A DNA stretch of 63,354 bases, the filler included, from Reticulomyxa filosa (lineage: Eukaryota > Protista > Foraminifera): the NCBI GenBank assembly GCA_000512085.1. It is 15 parts of 15 records of this genome, joined end to end, with 100 filler letters (N's around TTAATTAATTAA, not from the genome) between each part and the next. Parts side by side here need not be neighbours in the genome. Positions count along the whole stretch, not along the records: positions 8,405 to 24,215 come from ASPP01005009.1; positions 24,316 to 25,920 come from ASPP01010185.1; 13 more parts are not named here. The stretch is one strand, 5' to 3'. Within the stretch, counting starts at the first letter, position 1. Every line of letters begins with the position of its first letter. Shown in pieces: positions 12,046 to 24,510 of this stretch. The notes beneath the pieces are model-generated. The model was given only the letters and a program-made list of their open reading frames with translations. It ran no database searches and was not told the DNA's origin. The position numbers and the translations under genes were made by a program.

Positions 12046-14634
12046 TCATAATTCTGCGTCAAAATCAATACAAATATATACACATACACAACCCGCAACC
12101 ACAGTAGAAATCTGAATTGGATCTTTGCTTATATGTAATAATAATAATAATAATAATATATCACTCATTTCAACTCTCTCTCCCCTCTCTATGCATGAAC
12201 CTACAAGGAAGACAACAAAGAAGTGAATGGGTAACATCAGATAGCCATCGCATTCTTTTCCGGCGATGACATGCAAGCGATCATCGGTCCCAGTTACACG
12301 AGAAGGCGACATATGAACGAGGGATCCATTGCTCACACGTAACGAAAAGTCTTGGATATAGAGTACAATGGTCGACTCCGTTGCAGATGCGCAATAAATC
12401 AGCACCATTTCATCTTTGTCAAACTCTACCTCGTTCATTTCAACTTTTTTTTTTTTTTTTTGTATTTATACGTGGAATGATAGGATTGTCTCGATAGAGT
12501 ACATGTACACAAATAAACTTTCTTTCCAATGGAGAGTAAGTCGGCCTGGTGCGAGTCGGACTAGTGACAACAACTCAAAGTCGTGAAAGGGGATCAATTG
12601 ATGCAATTGGCACAATTGGATGCGCGAGATAATGAAGTGATAGCCTTGTGCTGGAATTTCGTGTGCGCCAAGTATTTTGCAAGCATACTTTCTTTGGGCC
12701 GATTTCTGCGACTTCACTTGGTAGTGATAGTTTTGGGGACTACTGTGAAGTATCGTATGGTGTTGGTGGTGAGTATCTGGCGATGGCAGTTTGGTGTAGT
12801 CGAGAATAAAGTGGTCTTGGTTTTGTGAGTCCGACGAAGTACTATTGTTGCTCAGCCACGACCACAATGCCATTCGCACGCCTCCTGCAGCGCAATATAC
12901 ATTTTCATACACGTCCAAGCCACTCCATTCATGTCGCTTGCGCAACTGAGCCAGAAATTTATGTTTAAGTGGTTTGCATGTATACACACATATATAAACA
13001 TATACATATATAAATATGTGCATATATGTATATTCATATATGTATATTCATATATGTGTATATGTAGATTATATTTTGTGCAAGTTACAAGCAAGCAAAT
13101 AGTAAACTGTTGGTGGGATGGCGTTGCTTGATTTATTAGTTTGTGGGAGTGTCAAATCTTGGTATCGACGCATTATTTCTTTTTACGGTGTGTATATACT
13201 TTTTTTTTTTTTGCAATGCAAGGATAACAAACATGAGAACAAAACTGTTATGAATAACACAAACGTGGTCGCTTGAAAACGACGTATACGTTCGAATGCT
13301 GTACGCACAGTATTTAGCCTTTTGGATTTTTATGTTTTTATTTTGTTTATTTTTTTGAAGCGTTCAATTAACTTCCATTGTTATTTGTTTTATTTGTTTT
13401 GTTTGTGTCGTTGTATTTACAGTATTGTCTCCTTTCTCTCATTTAAGCAAATGTTATACTTACTCCACAAACAAACAGCAGTACAGAATCCGTGCATGTC
13501 ATGGGGATGTACGTTTGTGTATTGGATGCTTAACAGCATATCTATCGCAATATCATAAACAAAGAAATGAAACATAAAAAACAGATATATTAAATTGGAA
13601 TTAAAAAAAAAAAAAAAAAAAAAAAAGAAACAAGCAAAACTACTGGAGAAGAAGGAACCAAGATGACATTGGAATTACTTTTCCAATAGTCAATGCAATG
13701 GCCAACTGCATCACTAAGCTGTCTGTGTGACAGGTTTAATTTTAATTGTGTTATGTCGGAGCAAAATCTCAAACAACAACGAAGAGAGAGAGAGAGAGAG
13801 AGAAATACACTCACTTAACGTTACATAACAAACAAATAAACAACATGAAATAAACATCAATCAAGGACAACAAAACTTGGCCAGGCAAATCAAATGAAAC
13901 GCAAATTGCGAACTGCAAGTGAAGGAATCCCATACGCTTCGGAGAACACACAGCGAAAAGTGAAGTGTAAATGGTAAATCGCTTTTCGCATTGTCGCTGT
14001 TGAGTCTTGAATGATTGACTTTCACCTCGGTCGGGCTGACGAGAATGGTCAAGTACGATGAAAATGGAATAGACATTGACAATGCCGGAATTGGGATTGG
14101 CACCAATCCCATCACAGACATGCACATAGGTTGGCTTGTCGATGAGGTGAACAACGACAACAGATGCGGAACTAACTCGCGGAGCCGCTTTTGTTGCCAT
14201 TCAAAGGCCGGGGATATTGTCTCAATGTCTCTGCCACTTGTTTCGAGTTTGATTTTCTTCTCATCGTTTTCGCTTTCTCTTTTGATCTCTTGCATTCGTT
14301 GCATGTCCATCAATGGCAGTGACAACAAATGTTCATGAAATTGATCTGCGTCTCTTTCTATTTTTGTTTCTGTTCCTGTTCCAACATTCTTCTTCACTCC
14401 GAATGATTGTATTGATAAGCGCAGTTGATACCGTGTTTTGCTTACATTCAAATTTGATTCGCTTTCATTTGTCCCGCAAAACCAATTTATCCATTCTGTC
14501 TTCTCTTTGTCACCTTCGGTGTCAAGGCTATTTGGCAAATCCTGAAACTGTACTGGTGGGACTACTAGCTGCAACGTGTCTTGTTGTTTTGAGACAACCA
14601 CCAACGCACAACTTGCTTCTTTATCACTTTTCAT
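12046..14634 (-). CDS. Hypothetical multi-exon protein
   Basis: Higher-GC ORF blocks (13861-14742, ~13640-13710, 12466-12960, 12046-12438) are separated by AT-rich intron-like stretches. No family recognised. Confidence 0.45.
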
Positions 14635-15419
14635 TTTGCACAAACTATTTTTTTGGGCTTGTTCGGAAATTATTATCCCACACAAAAAAAAGTTTATACT
14701 TTGTATCCTTGAATGCTTTGTAAGATTGTTCAAATATTCCACACCTGTCTTTCAATTGTTATTCTATGATTAGGATAACAGATAAAAATAATGTAAACTA
14801 AAAATTGTAGCTTTGTTTGGATTAATTAGCTACCAAAATCAAACAAACCCATTATGCTATTGGATTTTGCCAAATATTTCCTAAAACAAATTGTTTTCAA
14901 CACAAGTTTTTCATGTCCCTAGAAGAAGGCTAATTTTACTTACAAAACCATACACAAACTGGCAAAATCTTCACTTCATCAAAAACAAACAAATAGGTTA
15001 CAAAATTAAACACCTATGAAGATTATCAGTTTTCTTATGAAAACAAACGTTCAATCCTTTTTTTGTTTTGAATTATCAAATTTTTTCCATATAAAAATGT
15101 TTCATTTACAACAAGGAAATACCAAAAAACAACTTAAAATTGTCCACCACGTCGTTCAACAAGTAATTTTTGTTGTGATGTTAAACCATTTGACACGTTC
15201 TTCCAAATACTGCTGTCTTTCGTCGACAAACCAAAGCATTAAATATCCCGTTTCCAAATACATTTCATCACAGTGGTATCAGTCAAATCAACACTTTTAT
15301 AATTATTACAGCCCCGTAATCGAAATGTTCTATCTTCTAAACATGAAACAATTTTGGAGATATTCTTCCAGTGTGACATTCTAATAATTGAATCTGACGT
15401 CTGGAAGACGTGTCCCATA

Positions 15420-15620
15420 TTCGGATAGTTTTGTCAGATAAATATGATTGTGTGCTGATAGCACAATTTTCGCAATATATTCTAAAATTTTATCGTGTTC
15501 AGCGGATAATACAATTCAATTATGGGATGCATTATTTGGAAAACTACTTCAAGGATTAGCTTGTCATTCAGATGTGATAGTCAATGCACAATTTTTGCCA
15601 GATGGTTCCAAAGTTTCTTC
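15420..15620 (+). pseudogene. WD40-repeat relic
   Basis: SKILSCSADNTIQLWDALFGKLLQGLACHSDVIVNAQFLPDGSK, with degenerate flanks. Confidence 0.7.
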
Positions 15621-15920
15621 AGAATGTTCTTCAATATTAAAAGTTACTTTCCGATCATTACATCCCATAGTCGAATCATTTTATCATCTGAACAGAATAA
15701 AATTTTGATGAAAATTTTACGTACTTTACATAACTTAGATGCCTTGTTCATTGTCTGTCCAATTCTTTCTATCAAATCTTCAATACTCCCTGCATGTTGT
15801 CTTTTTTTGTTTGCTTTCAATTAATAAGACAATAATGTTTAATTGAATATGGACATTGATAATTGCTATCCTTCACATATATTGAATACCACTTGCATAA
15901 ATAGAATGTTCAAAATTGTA

Positions 15921-16472
15921 CAGTGGAATGCAAAGTAAAGTTGACACATAAAACTGCATCTTGTAGAGATGATTGATTTTCTTCATGAAAAAACAACATT
16001 CAGACATAATTTTTTAAAAATATATATGAATAGTGTAGTTTTTAAATATCATTTTAAATTTAGTTTTTTTACATATTTACTAATTGTTTAAAAATTTTAA
16101 TATTTTGTTGATTCTTGAAATTTTCGATAAAAAGTTAACAATCGTGAATGTGTATTAACTACGAAATTTGCCAACTTTTTTTTAAGCATTTTCAGAAAGT
16201 GCTCAATGCGTAATCATTTTCAAAAAAAATAAAAATGATTAAAAAACACAAATATCAAATTATACTTAGCTAAAAAAAAAGAAAAGAAAAATAAATGACA
16301 AAATATTAAAATAATTATGAAAAATTTAATAAAAAACCAAAATGATATTTAAAAACTACCGATCAGTAGATATTTTTAAAAAATTAAGTCTGAATGTTGT
16401 TTTTTCATGAAGAAAATCAATCATCAATATAAGGTGCCGTTTTATGTATTAACTTTACTTTGCATTCTACTG
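15921..16472. mobile_element. MITE (Tc1/mariner-derived) with ~135-bp TIRs and TA target-site duplication
   Basis: The left end TA|CAGTGGAATGCAAAGTAAAGTTGACACATAAAAC...TTTTCTTCATGAAAAAACAACATTCAGAC is inverted at ~16338-16472, which ends ...TTTGCATTCTACTG|TA. The interior is non-coding and AT-rich. Confidence 0.9.
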
Positions 16473-17339
16473 TAGAATATTGCTTTAACAATAGATGCAA
16501 CTTTTGATTGCTTACGATCATGACAACTAAATGATATTTTATTTAGTGATAGGAATATTGTTAAATCCAATATTAATCAACACTGTCAATTTTGCTTTGG
16601 ATACTAAGCATAATTTATTTATGCAACATGAGCCAAGGATTTTTTTCCATAAATTATATCTCCATCTTGTTTGGGTATGCTATGCATGAGCACTTGGCAT
16701 TCTACAGCAAAAAAAGTTTGAAACTTTTTTTTTTCCAGAGTTGGTTCTTTATCCTTTTCAAGTTATTTGTCCATATCAAGTCTACAATACACTGACACTT
16801 TTATGCTGGACTTTGCACAAACTTGTTTATTCGAATTTATTGATATAAAATGGATTTTCAGTTTTTTCAAAGAGAAAAACTAAGCAGCAAAAATTTTACA
16901 GTTATGTAGTGCAGTGTGGCAGATAAAAACTCGTTTTGAAACTGCACAAACGCTTCAAGCTCCTTAAAACTCAAAACCATACAAACTTGTTTTAAACATC
17001 CGATTGAATTTTGATGCGGATGTACGTCAAACTGCGATATTGAATAGTATATTGATGAAAAAAGCAGCACAACGTCACAGATTATACGCTTTCATCTTTA
17101 CGTTTCAAAAGTTACTAGTTATTTACAATCCAAAAAAGTGGTTCCCCTAAGTCAGTGATTAAACAAAAAAAAACAGATGAACAAGTAAAAATAGTAATTA
17201 CAAATTGATTTCGATTATTGAATATAAAACTAGGGCTGATCAACGATTTAACAAAATCGTTACTAAATATGTCAAGCTTTTTTTCTATCTTTCAACGAAA
17301 TAATTGTCACTGCTAATAATCAATACGTAAGACACAAGC

Positions 17340-18180
17340 CAAGTATTTTCATCTGTTGAAAATCTACACGGGGCATATCAACTGGATAGGCGTTATAAGT
17401 TTCACCAGATGACCGCAGGTTGCTTCAGTATCAAATGATCAAACAGGTTGAATTTGGGACGTTGCATCAAAAAAAGAGTTTCGAACATTCAAAGGCATTC
17501 AGACTGGGCCAATGCTGCAGAATTTTCACTAGATGGCATACTGTTGACTAGACAGAACAATACGATTTTGGAATCTGGAAATAAAATAATGAGGTTGGAA
17601 GAGCAGGGAAATCTAATATTGAACGTAAACTTTTCTCCTAGAGATCACAGTGTTATGTCATGTTCATCTTATGACTCCATAAACGTGTGGTTTGAATTCT
17701 AAGAAGAAATACATATAATGATTGGACATTCAAATTTAGTCAATAACATACAATTTTCGCCAGATGGTCAAATGCTCGCGTCAGCGTCTTATGGCAAAAC
17801 AATTGTATGTGGGATGTAAAATTAGGTGAAATTTTGAAATATTTAAGACAACATTCTGGTCAGTTTCAAAGTAAAATTTTCTCCTGATGGAAAATTTGTA
17901 GTGTTTTGTTCAGATGAAAAACCATTCGCATGTGGGATGTGAAATCAGGGAATTTTCAAAAATGTGACTCACGTATTGTGAATAATATGCAATATTTTCC
18001 AGATGCCAAACTACTGTATTATGTTCATGCGAAACAGTTCAACTGTGGGATATGAAGGCAGATCATGAAATACAAAATTTGAAAGGACATTCGGGTCAAT
18101 GATTGGGCTCAATATCTCTCTAGATGGTAATACAACTGTATCATCTTCTTCAGATCAAGCAATCCGGTTTGGGGATAGCA
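17340..18180 (+). pseudogene. WD40-repeat pseudogene
   Basis: Repeated GHS...FSPDG...S.D.TI.LWD units, disrupted by many frameshifts and stops. Confidence 0.85.
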
Positions 18181-18711
18181 GAACATACAAAAAATGAACG
18201 CAAATACATTTTCTATAAAACTTAATTTTACTAATTGTAAATCTGCAAAACAAGATACAAGAAGGTGCGCTTTGATTGGCCTTTATTTTTCTTTATTTAT
18301 TGTTTTTCGCTTAGAATTGTTGAATTGTTTGTTATTGGTTCAATATCATTTTGCAGCAAAAACAAAAACCCACTTAGGGAGTATGTACAACGTAATATTT
18401 CTGTAATTGCATCTGACACAAGAGTGCAAGAAGTATTTTTTTGAAATCAAACTCACATTTAATAACAATGATGCAGGATATTTGCCAAATGAAATTTTTT
18501 TAATTGTTATTTTTAAATTTTTTCTGTTATTTTAAAGATAAAAATTAAATTTATTTCTTGTTTTTTGATTATTTATTTGCAAAAATAAGACTTTCATTGC
18601 ATTTATTTACCAAACACCTGGTTATTCGTTTGTGGGTTGTTTAAAAAAACTTTAAACAAGATTGCCATTCTAATATCTTCGCAAACTGGTGTGAAAAGAA
18701 GAGATAAGATT

Positions 18712-21700
18712 ATGGCTGGCCAGATAGAAGTGGATGAGGAGTATGTTCAAGGGATCCTTAATGAAAACGTAAAAACAAAAGAAAGCGAAAAAAGGAAATT
18801 CGAGGATAAAAATGGAGTAAAAGAAAAATTGAAAGAATATTACAAGTCGCAAGATAAACTAGCTCCATTTTTTGATGATCCCGGACAACCCATCGATGCC
18901 TATTATATTCGCTTGACTCTTTTAAATCAATATCAAATCCAAGAGCGAAAAGACAGAATGATGAGCAATGAAGAAAATGAAAAATATCCAGAAAATGAAA
19001 AACGTGAAGAGTGTAAGGAAGAGAACGAAAAATGGCCAAATACATTGGATTGTTCGTTAATCTATGGAGGTGGACAAGAGACCATAGAACTGCAAGACAT
19101 TTGGAAAGACACAGAAAATGGATCAAAGGTGCGTCATATTAGTATCCATGGAGAAGCGGGGACTGGAAAAAGTGTGTTAACTCAAAGAATAGCATATTTA
19201 TGGGCAAATGATCAGCTGTGGAGTGACCAATTTCAATATGTGTTGAGCATTCCTTTGAGAAAGATTGTCAACGTTTTTGGCATTTACAATGACGAAATGA
19301 AATATGAAAGTAATAATAATGATGGAATTGAGAATCAATGGTCAAAAGTAATGAATGAGTTGAGTATTCCACAATGGTCTCCAAATGACACCAACTGTGT
19401 TGTGAATTGCACGAATGGGTCAGTGCTGTTGTTATTTGATGGATTTGATGAAATTGCAAATGAAATTGAGAAAAACGTAATTTTGGAGCAGTGGTTGCGA
19501 CATTGTGCTGCTAATGGAAAGTATTACGTGATCATGACAAGTCGTCCCAATGCAATGTGTCCATATCTTAATAATCCACGACGATTAAATATGATTGGAT
19601 TCCGATCACAAGATATTCAAAATTATATCCGTGCATATTTCGAAAATATTGCAATAGATGAAAGTCATCATCACCAAGCAGACTTGATGATACAAAAATT
19701 GAGCAATAATCCAAATTTGAAATTATTGAGTCACACACCTTTGTATTTGCGTTTGTTTTGTCATTTGGCAAAACAGCAAAACAAAGAAATAGAAGAAGAA
19801 GAAGAAGAAGAAGAAGAAGAAGAAGAAGAAGATGATGATGATGATGATGATGATGATGAAAAGAAAGCAAATTCCATCGGATAAGTGGTATACGATGTCA
19901 CTTTCGAAATTGTATGAGATATTGTTGGAAAGCTATATGAAATGGAATTGGATGAAATTGAATGGAACAACATCCAAACCAATTAAACAAACATGTTTAC
20001 AGTTTTTGAGATGGAAATAGATTATTTGTCACTTGTTGCATGGGAAGGATTAAAATGTGGACAAGCAATAATCTCTTGTGAAATACAACAAAGAGTATTA
20101 AATACCATTAAACACAAATATCCACGAAAAGATATTTTTATTATTTCGCAATGGTCTCGAATCAATTCTTTTGGATTTTTACAAGGACAAGAATCCGTTC
20201 ATTCATTGCTTCCAATAAATTCCACGTATTTTCCTCATTTGACATTTCAAGAATGGCTTGCCGCTTATTATTTGGTCAATTGTTTGTATGAATCGAGCGA
20301 ATCGGACAACCATCAACAAGTGTGTGCAATTTTAATCAATCAGCAACTCACTCCAAAATTTGCCGTAATGATTCCATTTATGGCCGGAATATTGTATGAA
20401 AATATCAAAAAAAAAAGATCCATCAGGCTCTGGTTTATTATATTTTTGGAAGCTGCTACACTCTTCACCTCAACTCACTCCTATTCGACAATTGATATTA
20501 CATCTGCATTGTCTGGATGCTTGCAAAGCAGATACAGAGAGTTCATTTCTCCCAGCTCAAGTCCAAAAGTATCACAAAGAGATTATTGACTCATTCAAAT
20601 CCTGGCTTGTTGCTTGGATCAATTTGGACAAAGATGGAGACTCCACTTTTGACCGTTACCACACAGCGATCATTAACAGAACATTGAATAAGCTAATGGA
20701 ATCGCATTTGCCCAATTTTTACTATCTTCATCCAAATATCCATAAATGTATCATTGATGAAATCAAGGCGTTCCAAGAGCAGCTGGACACACTCAATGAC
20801 TACGAGTCGATCAAGACTCGACTCGATGTGTTACAGTACTTGTGTATCTCTACCGAGGCAACAAATATTGTTATCCAGTGCTACAAACAAGGTCTTAGAT
20901 GTCAAGAAAAGTTGGTGTGTTCATTGTGTGTGGAATTGCTTTGCGCGATAGCAATGCGATTGAACGAGAAGCAATTGGATGAAGTGGTAAGCATTTTGTT
21001 GGATGGATTCAATAACAAAGACGGAACTGTCCATAGAAAACATGCAAAATCACTCGCAAAACTGGCACCGCACTTGAATGAAAGGCAGTTGAAGAATGTG
21101 TTGCAACATGTAATGGACGCATTTGACAATGGGAAAGTGGATATTTGCTATGACTGTGCCCACACACTTGCGACCAGCGCATTACAACTGGGTGTTGATC
21201 AATTAGATAATGCCTTCCAATGTTTAATGGATCGATGCAATGCTTATTTTTGCAATATAAAAGCGGAGTCATTCTTACTGAAATTGAGGAAAGGACAATT
21301 GGACAGAGTCTTTCAATTTTTGATCGAGGGGCTCTATGATGAAGATGAAAATATCCGTCGGTCACATGCGGAAATACTCGGGAGACTTGCCATGAAATGG
21401 AGTGACAGGCAAGTGGATGATGCTTTTAGTTATTTGATGGACGGACTAAATGATGGAATGATGACAGCTTTATTCGTGGATCATGTGCAAGAGCACTTGG
21501 AGTGATATCGACACGATTGAATGAAATGCAATTCAATACCACTTTTGAATGCTTGATGCACAAATTAAAAGATGAAAATGAATTGTTCAAATTTTCATAC
21601 ATTATCGCACTTGGACTGCTTTCCACGAAATTAAGTGAGAAGCAAGTGGCTCTAACTTTTCAATGTCTGGTGGATGGATTACAAAACAAAAATGGATACA

Positions 21701-24050
21701 CCTGTGATATGCCCAGACACTTGCTTGGGAAAATTTCCATGAAATTAAATGAAATCCAAGTTGATACTCTCTTCACATGCTTGCTCAATGAATTCAAACA
21801 CAAGATAAAGATACTCGCTTATTATGTGTGACATCAATTGAATGTCTCTCACCGAAATTAAATAAGATACAATTGAATGACATTTTGCAATATTTGATCG
21901 ATGGATTAAGAGATGAAGATAAGCACGTTCGTGGATCATGCACACAAGCACTTGGAGCCATTTCAATTCGATTGAATGAAAACCAACTGAAAAAAGTTTT
22001 TAAAAGTTTAATGGTTACTTCAAACGATGAATACGAAGATAAAATACGTGTGCAAGCACTTAAAAGTATATCTGGAAAGTTAAATAAGATACAACTGTTC
22101 ATGTTGATGATAGATCTGTTACAAAGTGTAAAAAGGGAGCCACCATGGTATGTATGCGAGACATTATCGACAATGTCCGAAGAGGCGTGGAAACAGGTGG
22201 CAGTTGGTGTGCTGCAACAGTATATGCAACTGAAATCGATAAAGGAAAATGAAACTAATGAAGCAAAACAAAAGGGTTCGGTTTGGGAATGGCTGTTCGG
22301 AGATTATAGTGAAGCAATAAGTGAAAAGGACACAATTGAAATTGAGTTATTGTCATTTGGCTTGTTGTTATTTAGTCCTTGTATTCAATTGAATTGCAAA
22401 GATGATAATATCGTCTTAGACGGTTTGAATGAATTGATACAGCACTATAATAAAAAAGCCACGGATTGGGGGTTCCCAATCCGACAACAGACATGGAATA
22501 ACAATGATCTCATTTCACACCCTCATTTGAATAATGATGTTGTATTGCAAATCCAACCTTCAAATGAAAATAGGAATGCACACAAAGGTCATTGCGTTGT
22601 TATTCATGAAGCAATACGATCAGGTAATCTTCCACAATTGCGGTTTGTGTTGCAAAATCATCCTGATATTAATATTAATGCTCCATGTAATGAACATCGA
22701 CAAACACCATTACATTTGGCAATGAATAATAAATATTGGAATATTGCTCGTTATTGCATTGAAAAAGGTGCATGGATTGATGTCAGGGGATGTTCTATCA
22801 ATGATACCATTTTACGAACCCCTTTTGAAGACATTATGGAATTGGTTATGAAACACAAAAATAGCAAGAAGAAGGTGATGATAAAGAATAAAAAGGAGTG
22901 CTTACAAATGATGGAGATGTGCAAATGGATTTTAAGAAAACGAACCATATATCCAATAAAGCAAATTGGATATGCAATTGATTATGTGAAGGACAAAGTA
23001 ATTGATAGAGCTGGTACCGTCAAATCCGACAATAAAGAAAGTTATGAAACATTATTGCAAGAAGGCGCAACTTTCTTGTTGGGAGTGGATCAGAGAGAAT
23101 TACAAAAGGCATTAGTTGAAAATAATTTTTTGTTTGGGACAGTGGATCAAGATATTAAAGCCATAGAATCTGAGAACTCAAATCAAAGAAAATCTAATGA
23201 ATGGCATCCACTGCCATTTCTAATCAAGCGAATATTTTTGTTGTTTAAAATATGTGTCCGATTGAAACCGAAAGGAACAAGTTCTACTAGACCACGAGGT
23301 ACAATATTTGGACAAGCTTACGAAAAAGGCATAAAAGAATTGCAAGTACAACTGACAACATATTGGGATTATATCACTACTGAAGTGTTTAAACATAAAT
23401 GTCCAGAGTTAGTTGATGATTGGAGCTGCAATGTGGTAGATCGCTTGATGAATTTAAGGCCAATGCCATTGAGTTCATGTTGCGAAATGAGTTTGGTAGT
23501 TGGACATGAGGGTCACTGCATTTACTTGAGTTTGTGTAAAACATCCACTTCTATTTTGGTGCGAGTGGACAATAGATTGGTGAAAACTATTCCGTCCAAT
23601 ACACCTTACCCAAACAAGATTATATTAGCAAGTGATAAACAATCTAAATTCATACAACCTTATTTGGTTGCATATTTCCCGTGGAATGGTCCAAACATTA
23701 ACCAAAATAAGAAATGGTTAAAAGAGTATGTCAAAATTACAACTATTTTGAGAGATAGTAATTACAACGAGAGTATGAGATATTTGTATTGTAGTACTAA
23801 TAACAAGTTATTCAATAATTCTCCTCGTGAAGGAAATGTGTTATCAATTGTAAATGAATGGCCATATCGCCTAATTCAAACAGATACAAACAATGGTTAT
23901 CTGCAAAATCACAATATCGGATATCGAATTCGTTTGGATGCTGTTCATTATCAATGGTTTCGCGATCAAGAATATAATAGTTTTGTGTTAAAAAAAAAGC
24001 GAATCCAAAAAAACAACGAAACTACAATACTAGAAATCCAAACAAAATGA
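18712..24050 (+). CDS. NLR-like STAND protein: NACHT NTPase + HEAT repeats + ankyrin repeats + C-terminal CE-clan protease-like domain; at least 5 frameshifts (pseudogene or sequencing errors)
   Basis: NACHT motifs: Walker A GEAGTGKS, Walker B LLLFDGFDE, sensor TSRP, TPLYL and winged-helix FPHLTFQEWLAAYY. HEAT units such as LIDGLRDEDKHVRGSCTQALG. Ankyrin units IHEAIRSG and QTPLHLA. Consecutive ORFs 18637-19884, 19832-20020, 19993-20589, 20396-21505, 21502-21831 and 21828-24050, with no obvious introns. Confidence 0.85.
19792..19860 (+). repeat. Compound trinucleotide repeat (GAA)13(GAT)9GAA encoding a poly-E/D tract
   Basis: Read directly from the sequence. It lies just after the TPLYLRLFC motif of the NACHT domain. 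Confidence 0.95.
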
Positions 24051-24068
24051 AATGTAAAAACACACACG

Positions 24069-24160
24069 TAGTGACAAAGTACTGACACACTAAAATTGCA
24101 CCTTATTAAGATGATCGATTTTCTAAGTCAAAAATCAACATTTTTAAAATATCTGCGAAT
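24069..24160 (+). mobile_element. TIR fragment related to the 15921-16472 MITE
   Basis: CAAAGTACTGACACACTAAAATTGCACCTTATTAAGATGATCGATTTTCT resembles the MITE TIR CAAAGTAAAGTTGACACATAAAACTGCATCTTGTAGAGATGATTGATTTTCT. Confidence 0.6.
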
Positions 24161-24510
24161 ATTCAATTGTTTCGTAATTTTTTTGTTTTTAGGTACTTTT
24201 GTAGTTCTACTTTAANNNNNNNNNNNNNNNNNNNNNNNNNNNNNNNNNNNNNNNNNNNNTTAATTAATTAANNNNNNNNNNNNNNNNNNNNNNNNNNNNN
24301 NNNNNNNNNNNNNNNGGCGCGTGCGCGATAGACCACCTTCAGTTGTAGATCAACAGAATGACAGCACAATGTCGAAAGGCTGGTAGTGTTCAATAGATAA
24401 CACTAGACATGGCAAACCCGCTATCGCGCAGCCCTGCCGTGGCGGCAAGCAATAGCGGACGTGGTTTGATTACAACATTTGCATAAAGTCGATACTATCC
24501 GCTTACAAAA

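Noticed and set aside
19568-19982. Antisense poly-His/Leu/Ser ORFs
   Set aside because: They are other-frame readings of the (GAA)n(GAT)n microsatellite.
19860-21830. Programmed ribosomal frameshifting in the NLR-like gene
   Set aside because: Similar indels at homopolymers also occur in hemB, SulP, DUF1764 and the MAPK gene. Sequencing error or pseudogene decay explains them more simply.
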